Of a stretch of DNA of 64,000 bases, positions 12,901 through 20,427 are shown piece after piece. This stretch comes from Candidatus Elulimicrobium sp. Lineage in GTDB: Bacteria; Patescibacteriota; Minisyncoccia; Phycocordibacterales; UBA918. Below the pieces are notes generated by a model that did not search any database, was not told where the DNA came from, and was given only the letters and a program-made list of their open reading frames with translations. Both the position numbers and the translations under genes were made by a program. The stretch spans positions 1,307-65,306 of the forward strand of contig DZBU01000001.1 in the NCBI GenBank assembly GCA_022730015.1. Direction: 5' to 3'. Each line of letters opens with the position of its first letter. Position 1 is the first letter of the stretch.

Positions 12901-15900
12901 ACAGGCAATATTCGTCTGGTGGTGGCTGGACTTTCGTCTGCTACCTCAAGTTGTAATGCTAGTACCGGCTACTACCAATTCACTAATGTTGCGTACGGCC
13001 CGACCGATCCGTTGATTGTCTACATTGACGGGGAAACCGAAAAGGGAACTTCAGTCACTAAGGAACCAGTTTCTAACATCAACGATCTTCATGTTTATGA
13101 AAATCGAATTATCGTTCGACACGAAAATACCGATCCAATGACGGTCGCTGACATGGCAGTTTACGATTCATCAGATGATGCAGATGTTCCATTTACTGCA
13201 GTAGATTCTGGTACGGACACACTGACGCTTCCAACTAATCGTAAATTACTCGTCTGGACCAATAAGGAATTTGCACCAAATGGTAATGTCACGGTCAGTG
13301 GTGGTGGAGCCGGTGCAGCCTACGATGGCACTCTTGAGCTTCAAACTGGCGCGACTTGGTCTGGCTCGGGAGCTGAATCGCTAGATATTGGTGGTAGCTT
13401 ACTGGCTGGTTCTGGTGCAGCTTTTGTGTCTGCAAACAATGGTACGACAACATTTACTACGACTGGCGCTAATCGTACTATCGACCTCAATGCCGCTGAT
13501 CTCAATAATGCTGCCTTTACCGGAAGTGGCAGCTGGACGGTTACTGACACAACATTTACCGTTGGTGGCAATTTTACGCAAACTAATGGTGTCCTCACTT
13601 TCCCTACCGCAACGACAACTTTCGGTGGTTCATTACAGGTTAGCGGTGGTAGCTTTAATTCAAATAACGGAATCACCCTCTTTAACGGTAGTGGTGCTCA
13701 GGTGATTGCACTGGCTGGTTCTTCGCTGGCAGCGGTGCAGTTCGTGAGTGGTAATTACAGTTTTAGCGATACGGCAGCGACTACTACCAAGTCGATTACT
13801 ATCTTGGGTGGAACAGTAACACTCCCAAGTGGTACGCTCACTGTTGGTGGAGACTTCGAAAACGTTGCAGGCGTTATCGCACACAACACGAATGAACTTA
13901 TCATGACGAGCACAACTATCGCACTCGTGCAGGCGTCTAGTTCAGACTTATACAGTGTTCGCTTTACTGGCGGTGGTGCCTATGAATTTACCGATGATAG
14001 CATCGCGTTACTTGGTAGTCTTACAATTGATGCTGGAGCGGTGCAGCTGGCTTCGGGTACGCTTTCAATCGGTGGCACCTTTGACGCTGCTGGTGGCACA
14101 TTTGATCACGCCACTGGTACGATCCTTTTCAATTCAGCCGATGGGGGAGAGTTCGTCGATGCTGGTGTTAGTCCTTTCTATAATGTTTCATTTAGTGCAC
14201 CCGCAGGCGGATACACGCTTGTGAGTGACGCTACGACTACCAATCACTTCACCCTGTCAGCTGTGAACAGTTTCACCACCCTTAGTGGTACGACGCTGGT
14301 TGTACAAGGAGTCTTCCTCAATCAGGTTGGTGGTGCTAATACCAACTGGGCTGGTAGCACCCTAGTGCTTGATGGAGCAAATGCATACACAGTAAATACT
14401 AAAATCGCTGGCGGTGATCAGTACGATACGCTTATCGTTGGTGAAAATAGTGACATTCGATTCTGGAATTCGGCAGCTACTACGACTACAGTTAATCAAA
14501 GTGCTTCAGTGTACTCACAAGATCACGCTAGTGCTAACGGTAGCCTTTACATTTTTGGTGATTTCCATATAGGGACTACAACTGAATACTGGAGTTATGC
14601 GACTGATTTTGATGGTTCCTCACTTACTGGTAGTGAACGATTAGTAACTGTTGCACATGCAACCAACGCCACGACGTCAGTTGATGGTGGTACGCTTCGA
14701 ATAGTTGGTATTACTGGGAATGAGACGACAATCACTAATCAGGGTACTGGCACCTATGCACTCAATGTTTCGGCTGGTACCTTGTTGGCACAATATTACA
14801 AATTCCGAAATCTTAATATTGAGGGACTTGCTCTCACAGGAACTCCCGTCATATCATCACTTGCATACGGAGATTTCGAATTGGCAGTATCAGGAGGCAC
14901 ACTCATGACAGTGGCATCAACCACACTCAACGCAAACGCCTCAATGGTATTCACAGGAAATCGTTTTGCTACTACCACCGCGATCACTGGTTACAACGTA
15001 ACATTAGTTGGTTCAACGAGTAATGCGTGGACTTTTGTCTCACATACAGGCAACTTAGATGGAGAAGATTTCGACGCTGATGGTGTGACAGCTTGTGGTT
15101 CGATCCGCTGGAGTGACAGTGCGTGTCTTCTTACCCAGCAGACGAACTATCGCTGGCGCAATGATGATGGGGGGCTCGGAGTACCAAATAATGAGTGGTA
15201 TGACGCAAGCTGGGACGCCCGCACATTTATTCGTGTAAGAAATGTTGATGCTACGAGCTATACTGATGCGGTGGTGAAAGTACCGGTTACTTACGATAGT
15301 GACATGCAAGCAGACTTTGATGACCTTCGTTTCACTGCAGGCGATGGAACAACAGTGCTTTCACACTGGCTTGGTTCTTCAACGGATAGTATTGCAGCTG
15401 AAGTTTGGGTAAAGATCCCTACGCTTGCTGCTGAGAGTACGACAAACATCTTCATGTACTACAACAATCCGTCTGCTACGACGATCAGCTCGAGTACGGC
15501 AGTCTTTATTGCTGCTGACGATTTTGAAACTGGTTCACTTGCTGCCTACAGTGGTCAGACGAGTCTCTTTACCGTCGGTACCACTTTCGCCAATGACGGT
15601 GTGTATGGGCTCGATAACAGCGGTGATGAAAGTGGCAGAGCTAATACTGGTGGTATCTATCGTTTCGATCAGGTGGTTGGCCAAGGGGAAACTTTCCGCT
15701 ACGCTCAATATGTCGATACTGTCGCAGGTTCTGGCGATGAAACCTGTACACTTTTCGGTGTTCAGTCACCTGGTTCCACCAACGAAAATTATGCAGTCTG
15801 TATTGAGCAATTCGGAACAGATCGTCTATCGTTGGTCCGTGATGCGATCGATAATGACACCTCAGGTGTGGTTTTGGCTTCCACGACAGTGAGTTACGCA

Positions 15901-17424
15901 ACGGGTTGGTATACCGTGGAGGTTGATTGGGGAATTGACGACAGTTTCTTAGTCTCGCTATATGATGCCTCAGGGACTTTAGTTGCGACAACTTCCGCTA
16001 CCGATAGTAATTATTCTACTGGTGGTATTGGATTTACTTACTGGTTTCATTACGGTGGTTGGGATAGTGTCAGCTCTCGCCCAACATTAACAACGGAACC
16101 AACAATACTGCTTGGTGTAGAGCAGACTGATGGAGGCGCAACCTGGAAAGCAGCGCAAAACACTGCTGCTACTTATGATACGAGTGATGTTGCTCGACTG
16201 CGCTTCGCGATTGAAAATACCGGTCTTGCCATTGTTGATCAACAATTCCTTCTTGAGTATGCATCGATGGACAGCGCTCCAAGTTGTGAAGCGGTCGATC
16301 CAACTGCCTATATTTCAGTACCTGTACAGGCAAGTTGTGGTACTGCTCCAGTGTGTATGCAATCGTCCACGCTCATTACCAATGGTGCAGGAACGATTGA
16401 TCTTCTGACTGGGGTGGAAGGAGTGTTTGTTCCTGGCGAAGCTCGCGAAGATCCAACAAATATCACTAGCGCGATCGATATCGATCAGAATCAATACACT
16501 GAACTGGAATACGCAATCACTCCGACCACAAACGTTACTGATGAAAACCTTTGTTTCCGAGTTACCGATAATGGTGCTGAATACGATACGTATCTCCAGG
16601 TGGCTCAAATGAATCTGCGCTTCGTGCCGGTGGTCAGTACGATCACTTTGAATGATGGTCAACCGATCTCGCTCTTGCCAGGAACTACCACTAGGGTTTA
16701 TGCGACAGGTACCGTAAGTGATCTTAATGGCTATGCAGATTTGGTGTACGCGACTTCAACTATCTATCGTGGTGGTGTTGCTGGTGGAGCATCGTGTACA
16801 CCAAACAATAACAACTGTTACGTTTCTACGACAGAAACAGCGGCTTGTTCGTTTGTCGATTGTTTGGGTGAAAGTTGCACGGTCGAGTGTTTCGCTGATA
16901 TTTATTTCCACGCTGACCCAACCGATGCTGGTGATTACGTGGGACAAGAATGGTTTGCTTTTGTTGAAGTAGAGGACGCTACTGCTGGGTATGATTTTGC
17001 AACCTCACCTGGAGTGACCCTGAGCACTCTCCGAGCGATCGAAGTAAATGGTGCGATCGACTATGGTGCACTCGCGGTGAATGCTGATACTGGATCGTAC
17101 AATGCATCAACATCGATTTTAAATCTTGGTAATGTGGGAATCGATATTGAAATCACAGGTACTGATCTTTCGGACGGTCTCTCATCGGTTATTCCGGTTG
17201 ATAAGCAAAAGTTCGCTACCTCTACCTTTACGTACTCAGCCTGTGGTGCAAGTTGTGAATTGCTTTCAAGTACAACTCCAGTCTCGATTGATGTCGATCT
17301 TGGTAAACCAGCGACTGATAATCCACCAATTTCTGATGATGTCTATTGGGGTATCGCGGTACCGATCGGTGTCAGTAGTGTGCCTCACCAAGGAATTAAC
17401 GTCTTTACGCCAGTCACACCGTAA
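934..17424 (+). CDS. Giant 5496-aa exported surface protein/adhesin: MG2-like region, 3x tail-collar/HxH units, FN3-like domains, WNGTxW propeller, beta-solenoid repeats, DUF2341, C-terminal subunit domain
   Basis: Uninterrupted 16.5-kb ORF with an N-terminal hydrophobic segment and T/S/G/A/N-rich composition. Motifs: DUF2341 (DMQADFDDLRF...VWVKIP...FMYYNNP) and FN3-like (LSNGTTYYWRVR). Exact start codon is uncertain. Confidence 0.9.
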   Translation: MVHCVVKKKHPYNTNGNRIITIFKAPKWILQRFSSATYVLFLIFTLLVFTHAETAFSKRPLEITFGTQQTLNLFPTQVNTTDWAGIENVLIQDLTDTALYQDFGARTSAYVPQEKLIIPSSAGVPTEYVPVIEGATASSVVDGQAVPEEGGAGVIGSQPEVVAPIEPTPEQLPVETQVSPEPGAVLEPPANESVVEPVSMIEPSSTAVFAPAWGLFPLAQLSVVTSTETAAQDIVDVAAPTETAQTPDTAIVEDLSQPISGVEQVVGVVSTSSESAAPEQSSAETTVTEGSVVPLATPAAATVETEVHEITLSNFGSAPLEPGQFVNGMRLTLSLAAQLEQPASGRIPYIEVLYGASSTPEVVGMILLEDEVSNALNGGYFFFALPTVSDVSELADKTVTLRYHGAHDDLDGMFLDAVWLEIDTRTVTKEDLRARGIAGALAELQLPSVTTLISEKSNFRRDENPIFNLRYNSQRNFIVRGLRHMFGRELVSVESVEVRHRSFGSLGIEPELTVTKDGLLTIEIPDASLKNMRPGAYEITLTLNEGGREFTDTFDFQWGILTMNPNKSEYQTGETAHISIGALTPNGHTICEAALDLYVTDPTGIISRYAVNPSGQCNGNNVVDVPDFSALVPVVEPGVYELYLERLDDAGAVLGFTTDTFNSVTNQELSIERTGPTRIYPPAPYPMTLTVSTTKSFIGTLTETVPASFGIYDTDAYIVSDGVWQTLTWDLSILGAGKESVSYRFDAPDISPYLFTLGPARLDTERVAPADIPNASTSATSSPGISSPGTNVFIEHRRWQIASDAVGKMLLFWPDGATVPAGWLCVSCTSGEPFFQRFVMGSSTYNTTGGAATHTHTATGSVLATSDITTENTGSGVIAIGTHTHTYTPTISAVSNLPAYRQLRVIRYDAAAGEPPTIPAGAIGVFDVASSSLPSGWNRYAAQDGRYIYGENTPGTTGGSNTHTHTITGTVDAASGGSYQSRGPDAANGSSPTHTHTVSSSTGSVSNEPPYIEVLLGQITSDAVPPNGLIAMWDEAVDSGWLDVSSGPTDPFNQRFLKASTTYGGTNDTRSHAHSNVTGLTSSVPSVTVTTARAGSGGASDVHTHSVSVTDFSISDHLPPYLTVVFGKRQGNDPVYQQVSSRWYTNTNAETPTDAWPSGALNLIEREPITATSTPVKDGDEVRLRLNVGVLNATSTVGSSFKLQYAAAAVCSTATGWADVGDTASTTLWRGYNNTSVNDHVTLSTLLLSSSTVTATYEENGYATSTPNNIPVAGYGEWDFVLQQNGALAGTNYCFRLVENDGTAFLSYTHYPQLYTNEAPAAPALQKLFDNEKTASTTPWFYFLATDAEGEKVHYEIEIDNDFTFASPVIDRNTISNSAEFENQVLISDKAPFRQGELIEFIPTTALSNGTTYYWRVRGQDPEGSADWGEWSTIRSFTIDNTLDASAWYQTQDEQFDTNILAGVQTGSDQMVLISGSSTGSMISTPIDFTDGDRGTAWDSLVFADTETTGSISYQIQYLDNTSTWTLVPESALPGNGTGFGTSPVSLLGLDVGVYSQLRIIANFTNTGGSPSLQDWTLYWGYRVETPIIAKLFPNEQVGTTTPSFEFRTSDPQSDSLTYQIQWSLTPDFAASTTRSSDVDLGFSNIDAGADLDPFNSDDSIQFTLQSADALTGTTTYWWRVRAKDTTGDNAWSFWTDAQSFTVIPGTEVSTWFQTTEEQFASNILSGTIALASDAVSVATTASEAMIVYGEGTETAPRYRQWDGTNLSTESTLLDIGAPTRWAVVRAATTREEYVAATVGTDADVNVQVFATGEWGNQVELTTNVGSVAARGIDVAYETTSGDALVVYCDGDADPSYYLWDGTSWTSGGTINLASTNNCEWIKLASDPVSNEIILMARDSDGTVATSYELQVWNGSAWGNSTTQGGARNSAYETMALGYEASGGQALSVSGDGNPIRFEYNSWNGTAWAGLTTNTTITDNLIWAELSNDDGTDNMAMCYVNESTNIGAIRWNGTAWTGQTNLDTAGNSIADRSVSCVYETTAGRDGNLLAVYSDTTNARYQVWNGTTWSAEASIGTITSVSTIQAIRTGAGSVLGLFYDDVNDRIDFSAWNGTTWSTAATIEANGSVDAAPYGQPFFAAPRNDGTEGTTIVSPGVDFNAGVGPYWKTFSWNDTVPGTSQILYHLQYQTATGSWAFIQNAALPGNEVGTTTGPFDLSALDTNTYNVIRPYAELSCDGSGNCPSIEDWKIEWAGGITISGAIQGYDQSTNVTSGTVAVSVNGVLQTGKTGAVSGGTWSISNVTVFPGDVVSVFVTAAADSNEAVAIARYDGQGDMDGLVLYERHLTLGSNDATTTPFTNADIGLYDSTNTEDVFFAVTTDTLSVCAAGDCTDAELFIKSGAYYTPGGRIVTHDFENNGTFTAGSFTHEINGSWDNNATTTMTGSAVVFAATSTTETIDSTGAVSASFNNTTFGTTTGSGVWNLPSELDVNGNLTVSLGTLARGSTSITIGGNLVTGANGYWTGIGTTTFDGGTAATWNDQNTTKQNVGRVVIDGTSKAVSLAGNVATESVTIGTNDTFDASTGSYDIMVYDSWLNQNNFVARSGEVIFAATSSGKTITTTGDAFYDLSFTGVGGGWSFTESTLLVNNDLTIATGTVTLPTATTTIAGSFNATGGSFAHNNGTLYFTSAAAETITFNGGLFTNVAHDLTFNGGGSWTVNDTNATSTNDVRVTQGTLNFPTGVFAIGGTLVDGGGVYTGGVGTVLFYSSAAEVLTPGGSSFNNVTFAGSGSWSFSDSNVDANGDLVVQQGILTLPNGAFTLGGSYDNNATVVPGTGVLTFDAAGTGRTVDFGASSLYDVDFNSATGGWTVTAPATTTRNFSLTNTDTWTLASGQVLSVAGTFSNSVGGASTTWTGSALSLEAGSYSLNTKTNNGDTYETVRIAAGTNIAMWNSSAASYTVDAAGSLYSQDHAGIDGDLYIFGAYTRGSGTEYWSYTQDFDGASLSGSERQVDVRFASGASATFSGATVEVIGTSTASTTIANQGAGTYAVNVSGGTTTAQYYEFADLGLTGVTLSNAVQVSELSDGSYTVAAPGGTALTLSSTTIDANPGKQIFNVTFATTTVITATNVTQNDGVPSSFWWFRDGYGNLYGEGYDNDTGDPGSVRFDDSSLVITIVGTVYSDAGTTPIVGGTCDGITPVVRVMVGGVLATTTSCSNVDGSYTASGVVVIGDPTVTVFLNDASGGQKGSTITRTPTGDILDMDIYTNRVIVRNEDIDALTIGNLAAYDSSDDADLRFSAATSTSVDSLNVFAGNELFVFASSTFTPGGVVTLAANTAANSYDGTLYLAGDATFNAHSTSTVTIGGRLELEAGAVFNAASTTVLMNATTSGKSITAPSEIMFNELVFNGVSGGWNLGADIRVNGDMTITAGTVTGTGDIYLPNGSLYGNGVLSLGAGTTTLAAANSLGGNSAWTFYDLELGDTLQVGTTTPLFTSTTTVSGRLTINAAHYLDAGNTSWDLSGAGIVFVENGTFIEDTSTIRYSGAGASVLATQYYNLDINAGASSQTYIATGLGLIVDNDLTIGGDAASTFDLATNDPLLDVNGDVIIHSNGTLAASDTGTFTIAGSYDNNGVFTSNSGTTTFDGSGATTIAAGSSSFGSVLVNGTGNVTVSEHATATSNFTLNAANTFTVSSGQSLAIGTKFFNAIGGAATTWTDSTLRLYGGGNYSINVATTSDTYATLDIEGTTQIRMWNSDAATYDVASTGSLYSQDHASVDGDLYIWGAYNQTNANDYWSYVTDFDGAALGSPRKVDVYLASGASVTVTGGTFAVFGGTTASTTIQNQGSGSYGIVVGGNASSSFEYAETRDMNSAGLTFTGGAKVNKLSYNDFSVSQNGGTTIMIGGTVITANPAKNFTNNRFWLDGVGSGFNVTATGTSVSSWRFVNHYGDIDGESFDVDPNGDPGYVAWDNSAALITISGNVYSDEGSTVSGVCDGTTGNIRLVVAGLSSATSSCNASTGYYQFTNVAYGPTDPLIVYIDGETEKGTSVTKEPVSNINDLHVYENRIIVRHENTDPMTVADMAVYDSSDDADVPFTAVDSGTDTLTLPTNRKLLVWTNKEFAPNGNVTVSGGGAGAAYDGTLELQTGATWSGSGAESLDIGGSLLAGSGAAFVSANNGTTTFTTTGANRTIDLNAADLNNAAFTGSGSWTVTDTTFTVGGNFTQTNGVLTFPTATTTFGGSLQVSGGSFNSNNGITLFNGSGAQVIALAGSSLAAVQFVSGNYSFSDTAATTTKSITILGGTVTLPSGTLTVGGDFENVAGVIAHNTNELIMTSTTIALVQASSSDLYSVRFTGGGAYEFTDDSIALLGSLTIDAGAVQLASGTLSIGGTFDAAGGTFDHATGTILFNSADGGEFVDAGVSPFYNVSFSAPAGGYTLVSDATTTNHFTLSAVNSFTTLSGTTLVVQGVFLNQVGGANTNWAGSTLVLDGANAYTVNTKIAGGDQYDTLIVGENSDIRFWNSAATTTTVNQSASVYSQDHASANGSLYIFGDFHIGTTTEYWSYATDFDGSSLTGSERLVTVAHATNATTSVDGGTLRIVGITGNETTITNQGTGTYALNVSAGTLLAQYYKFRNLNIEGLALTGTPVISSLAYGDFELAVSGGTLMTVASTTLNANASMVFTGNRFATTTAITGYNVTLVGSTSNAWTFVSHTGNLDGEDFDADGVTACGSIRWSDSACLLTQQTNYRWRNDDGGLGVPNNEWYDASWDARTFIRVRNVDATSYTDAVVKVPVTYDSDMQADFDDLRFTAGDGTTVLSHWLGSSTDSIAAEVWVKIPTLAAESTTNIFMYYNNPSATTISSSTAVFIAADDFETGSLAAYSGQTSLFTVGTTFANDGVYGLDNSGDESGRANTGGIYRFDQVVGQGETFRYAQYVDTVAGSGDETCTLFGVQSPGSTNENYAVCIEQFGTDRLSLVRDAIDNDTSGVVLASTTVSYATGWYTVEVDWGIDDSFLVSLYDASGTLVATTSATDSNYSTGGIGFTYWFHYGGWDSVSSRPTLTTEPTILLGVEQTDGGATWKAAQNTAATYDTSDVARLRFAIENTGLAIVDQQFLLEYASMDSAPSCEAVDPTAYISVPVQASCGTAPVCMQSSTLITNGAGTIDLLTGVEGVFVPGEAREDPTNITSAIDIDQNQYTELEYAITPTTNVTDENLCFRVTDNGAEYDTYLQVAQMNLRFVPVVSTITLNDGQPISLLPGTTTRVYATGTVSDLNGYADLVYATSTIYRGGVAGGASCTPNNNNCYVSTTETAACSFVDCLGESCTVECFADIYFHADPTDAGDYVGQEWFAFVEVEDATAGYDFATSPGVTLSTLRAIEVNGAIDYGALAVNADTGSYNASTSILNLGNVGIDIEITGTDLSDGLSSVIPVDKQKFATSTFTYSACGASCELLSSTTPVSIDVDLGKPATDNPPISDDVYWGIAVPIGVSSVPHQGINVFTPVTP

Positions 17425-17451
17425 GTAATGGTATGATTACTGATAAATAGT

Positions 17452-19014
17452 ATGCAGCAGTTCATCAGCTTCGTTTCTCTTGTGATTCTTGTTTTTACTA
17501 ATCAGCCAGGTTTTTTGTTTGCACAAACAACAGACAAGGAAGCTCCAGATATCACCAACGTCGAGGTCTCACAAGTTTCCGAGACTAGTGTCACCGTCAC
17601 TTGGGAGACCGACGAATCTTCAGATTCAACGGTTAACTATGGTTTACAGCCTGACTACGGTATCGTCCGCATACCGGTTGCTGATCGAACACAGCACTCC
17701 ATCACGCTAGATCGGCTAGAACCTGGACGAGTCTATTATTTCCGTGTGGTGTCTGCCGACGATAGTGGTAACCAAGGAATTTCAGCTGATTATCGAGTAC
17801 AGACATCAGGTACACCGCAGACTGGTGAGGGAAGTGGTACAGGGCAGTCAACGGCTCAGGGGCAAGGACAGGGAGCAATGGCTGGTGATGGTAGTAGTAG
17901 CCAAACTCAATCTGAAACGGAATCAACGACCAGCTCACAATCACAGTCTCAAACTCAAACGACACAAGAGATCGTTGAACAGATCAATCAAATCACTGAT
18001 CCGCAGCAGCTTAAAGAGATCGTCAACGAAACCGTAAAAGCGATTCAGGGTATTACAGAGGACCTTACTATTGTTGGTCCTCCAACCGTTATTCCAGAGA
18101 CAACTACTGCGCTTGTACGCTGGACAACTGATCGAGAGGCGTCATCTAAAGTCATCTTTTCTCCATCGCGTGGTTTTGATGGAGCAACTTTTGCATACGC
18201 ACAGGAATCAACACAAGGAAACACTACTGATCATGAGGTGCAACTGATCGGACTGTCTGCCTTTACTGATTACAGTTTTAAAGTGATTTCAACCGATACC
18301 TACGGTATTACGGGTGAAAGTCGCACGTTCACCTTTCAGACAAAAGCCACCATGCCAGAAATTCGAAATTTGCGAGTGCTAAAAGTGGAAGAAGATGCAG
18401 CTACCTTGGCCTGGGATACAAACGTACCAACCAAAGCCTTGATTGAGTATCAAGATCAAACTACTGGAGAACAGCAATCAGTGGGAAGACCAACCCTTGC
18501 AACCACGCACCAGATGCGTCTGTCTAACCTAACGCTTGGTACACGTTACGTTGCTTTCGTGACTGCTGAAAACTCAGGTGGTGACCGAGTGCGAAGTCAA
18601 CCGGTCCAGTTCATTACAGTTCGTGACACCGCAGCGCCGATCATTACTAACGTGACCAATGAATCAACTCTTTTCCCGGGTGGAGAATCACGTATTCAAA
18701 CTATCGTGGCGTGGGACACCGACGAATCATCGTCGTGTCTGATGACTTATCAGGAAGGTGTCGCAGGAGGTACTGAAGCGTACACGATTGAAAAAGAACA
18801 AATATCATATAACACGAAACACGTTGAAGTGATTGTCGATTTTGCACCGGCAACGGTATACCAGTTTTATCTAACTTGTACCGATGAGGCAGGAAATGCG
18901 GTAAAGTCAGAGAATTTTGTGCTGTTCACTCCGATTCAAGAGAAGAACATCATTGACTTGATCCTAGAAAACTTCCAAAGCACATTTGGGTGGGTTAAAA
19001 ATATCGGAGGCTAA
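17452..19014 (+). CDS. Secreted protein with four fibronectin type III-like domains
   Basis: Signal peptide and repeated VTWETDE...VNYG...HSITL..LEPG..YYFRV units. Q/S/T/G linker and C-terminal amphipathic helix IIDLILENFQSTFGW. Confidence 0.85.
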   Translation: MQQFISFVSLVILVFTNQPGFLFAQTTDKEAPDITNVEVSQVSETSVTVTWETDESSDSTVNYGLQPDYGIVRIPVADRTQHSITLDRLEPGRVYYFRVVSADDSGNQGISADYRVQTSGTPQTGEGSGTGQSTAQGQGQGAMAGDGSSSQTQSETESTTSSQSQSQTQTTQEIVEQINQITDPQQLKEIVNETVKAIQGITEDLTIVGPPTVIPETTTALVRWTTDREASSKVIFSPSRGFDGATFAYAQESTQGNTTDHEVQLIGLSAFTDYSFKVISTDTYGITGESRTFTFQTKATMPEIRNLRVLKVEEDAATLAWDTNVPTKALIEYQDQTTGEQQSVGRPTLATTHQMRLSNLTLGTRYVAFVTAENSGGDRVRSQPVQFITVRDTAAPIITNVTNESTLFPGGESRIQTIVAWDTDESSSCLMTYQEGVAGGTEAYTIEKEQISYNTKHVEVIVDFAPATVYQFYLTCTDEAGNAVKSENFVLFTPIQEKNIIDLILENFQSTFGWVKNIGG

Positions 19015-19075
19015 GCAGACTACATCTGTGGATGGAAGAGAGTGATATTTGTGTGGGCGATGCAATAATAGGGTA

Positions 19076-20398
19076 ATGGCAAAACCACTCATTGTTGCTC
19101 GTGATCTTTCGATCATCTATAACAAAGGAAAATCAAATGAGTTTAAAGCCCTGCAGGGTGTAAATACTGATATCTATGAAGGTGAATACATCATTTTGTT
19201 CGGCCCGTCTGGTTGTGGCAAGTCGACACTTATGTACTCCATTCAAGGGTCACTTCCACCTGGTGAAGGGACACTCCTGATTAAGGGTGACGATGTGTAT
19301 TCATATCCGCCGTCAGAGCGCGTGTATTTTCAACGATATGTGATGGGAATTATTTTCCAATCTTTCAATCTTATCGGTTCGCTTTCCGTACTCGACAACG
19401 TTGCGCTACCGATGATCTTTTGTGATACCGACAAGACCACGCGCAACCGTCGCGCGCAATCACTGCTTGATCGATTTGGGGTAGGACATGTTTCTCACAA
19501 ACTTCCGGCTATGCTTTCGGGGGGTCAGCAGCAGCGTGTGTCAGTAGCTCGGTCGATGGTTAACGATCCAAAGATCCTTCTGGCTGACGAACCAACTGGA
19601 AACCTGGACTCAGTTTCAACGCAACAGGTAATGGATAAGATTGATGAGATAAATACGTTCGATCGTCGAACTATTATTATGGTGTCTCACAACGCTGCTC
19701 ACTTGAGTTACGCACACCGAGTATATTATTTGAAGGATGGTTTTATTGTCCGTGAGGTTGTTAATCCACAGCGCAAACAGATCAAACCAGTGCGCGAAGG
19801 TGAAACCATTGTGACAGAGCTTGAGCAGCTTGCTCGACTGTATCCTTATGACTCAGTGGAGACTTTACGAGTAAAGAGCATGGTAAATTTCCTGACTCAG
19901 GAGTTCACATTTGATCAGATCATTCGTATTGAACGAGCGATTGGGTTGTTTATTCAGGGACGAGTTGACCGAGATAGTCTGATCAAAAGTTTGATTCTAT
20001 CACCGGAACGCGGGGGAGTTGGTATCTCAGAGCGTGAAGCGAGGGCGATGGCAACCACGGCCGAAAAAATGATTGATCGTTCGGCTGACATCAAGCGTTT
20101 TCGTGCTCGTAAAGACAACGACAATATTTTCTTCAGTCAGCACAAACTAGCAGAACGAATGCGAGACCATTTGGTACACGAGTTCAGGATCAAGCTCACA
20201 AAAGAACAGGATGAAAACTTGATTGAACTCATTGCTGATCGCGTGACCGGTGTGGTCACTCAAGAAGAATTAAACGAACGTCTTGCAAAAGGGGTGCGAG
20301 CTCGCGGTTTGGCTTTGAGTGAAAAAGAGGCTGATACGATGACTCGTTATTTCGAGAAAATCATCGCCCAGGGAGTAGATGTGAGTTACAAGAATTAA
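19076..20398 (+). CDS. ABC transporter ATP-binding protein (LolD/MacB family) with long C-terminal extension
   Basis: Walker A GPSGCGKS, signature LSGGQQQR, Walker B ILLADEPTGNLD. Start set at ATG 19076, 6 nt after TGCAATAAT. Confidence 0.92.
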   Translation: MAKPLIVARDLSIIYNKGKSNEFKALQGVNTDIYEGEYIILFGPSGCGKSTLMYSIQGSLPPGEGTLLIKGDDVYSYPPSERVYFQRYVMGIIFQSFNLIGSLSVLDNVALPMIFCDTDKTTRNRRAQSLLDRFGVGHVSHKLPAMLSGGQQQRVSVARSMVNDPKILLADEPTGNLDSVSTQQVMDKIDEINTFDRRTIIMVSHNAAHLSYAHRVYYLKDGFIVREVVNPQRKQIKPVREGETIVTELEQLARLYPYDSVETLRVKSMVNFLTQEFTFDQIIRIERAIGLFIQGRVDRDSLIKSLILSPERGGVGISEREARAMATTAEKMIDRSADIKRFRARKDNDNIFFSQHKLAERMRDHLVHEFRIKLTKEQDENLIELIADRVTGVVTQEELNERLAKGVRARGLALSEKEADTMTRYFEKIIAQGVDVSYKN

Positions 20399-20427
20399 TT
20401 ATTGCGCTGGTGTGCGATAATGGATGA

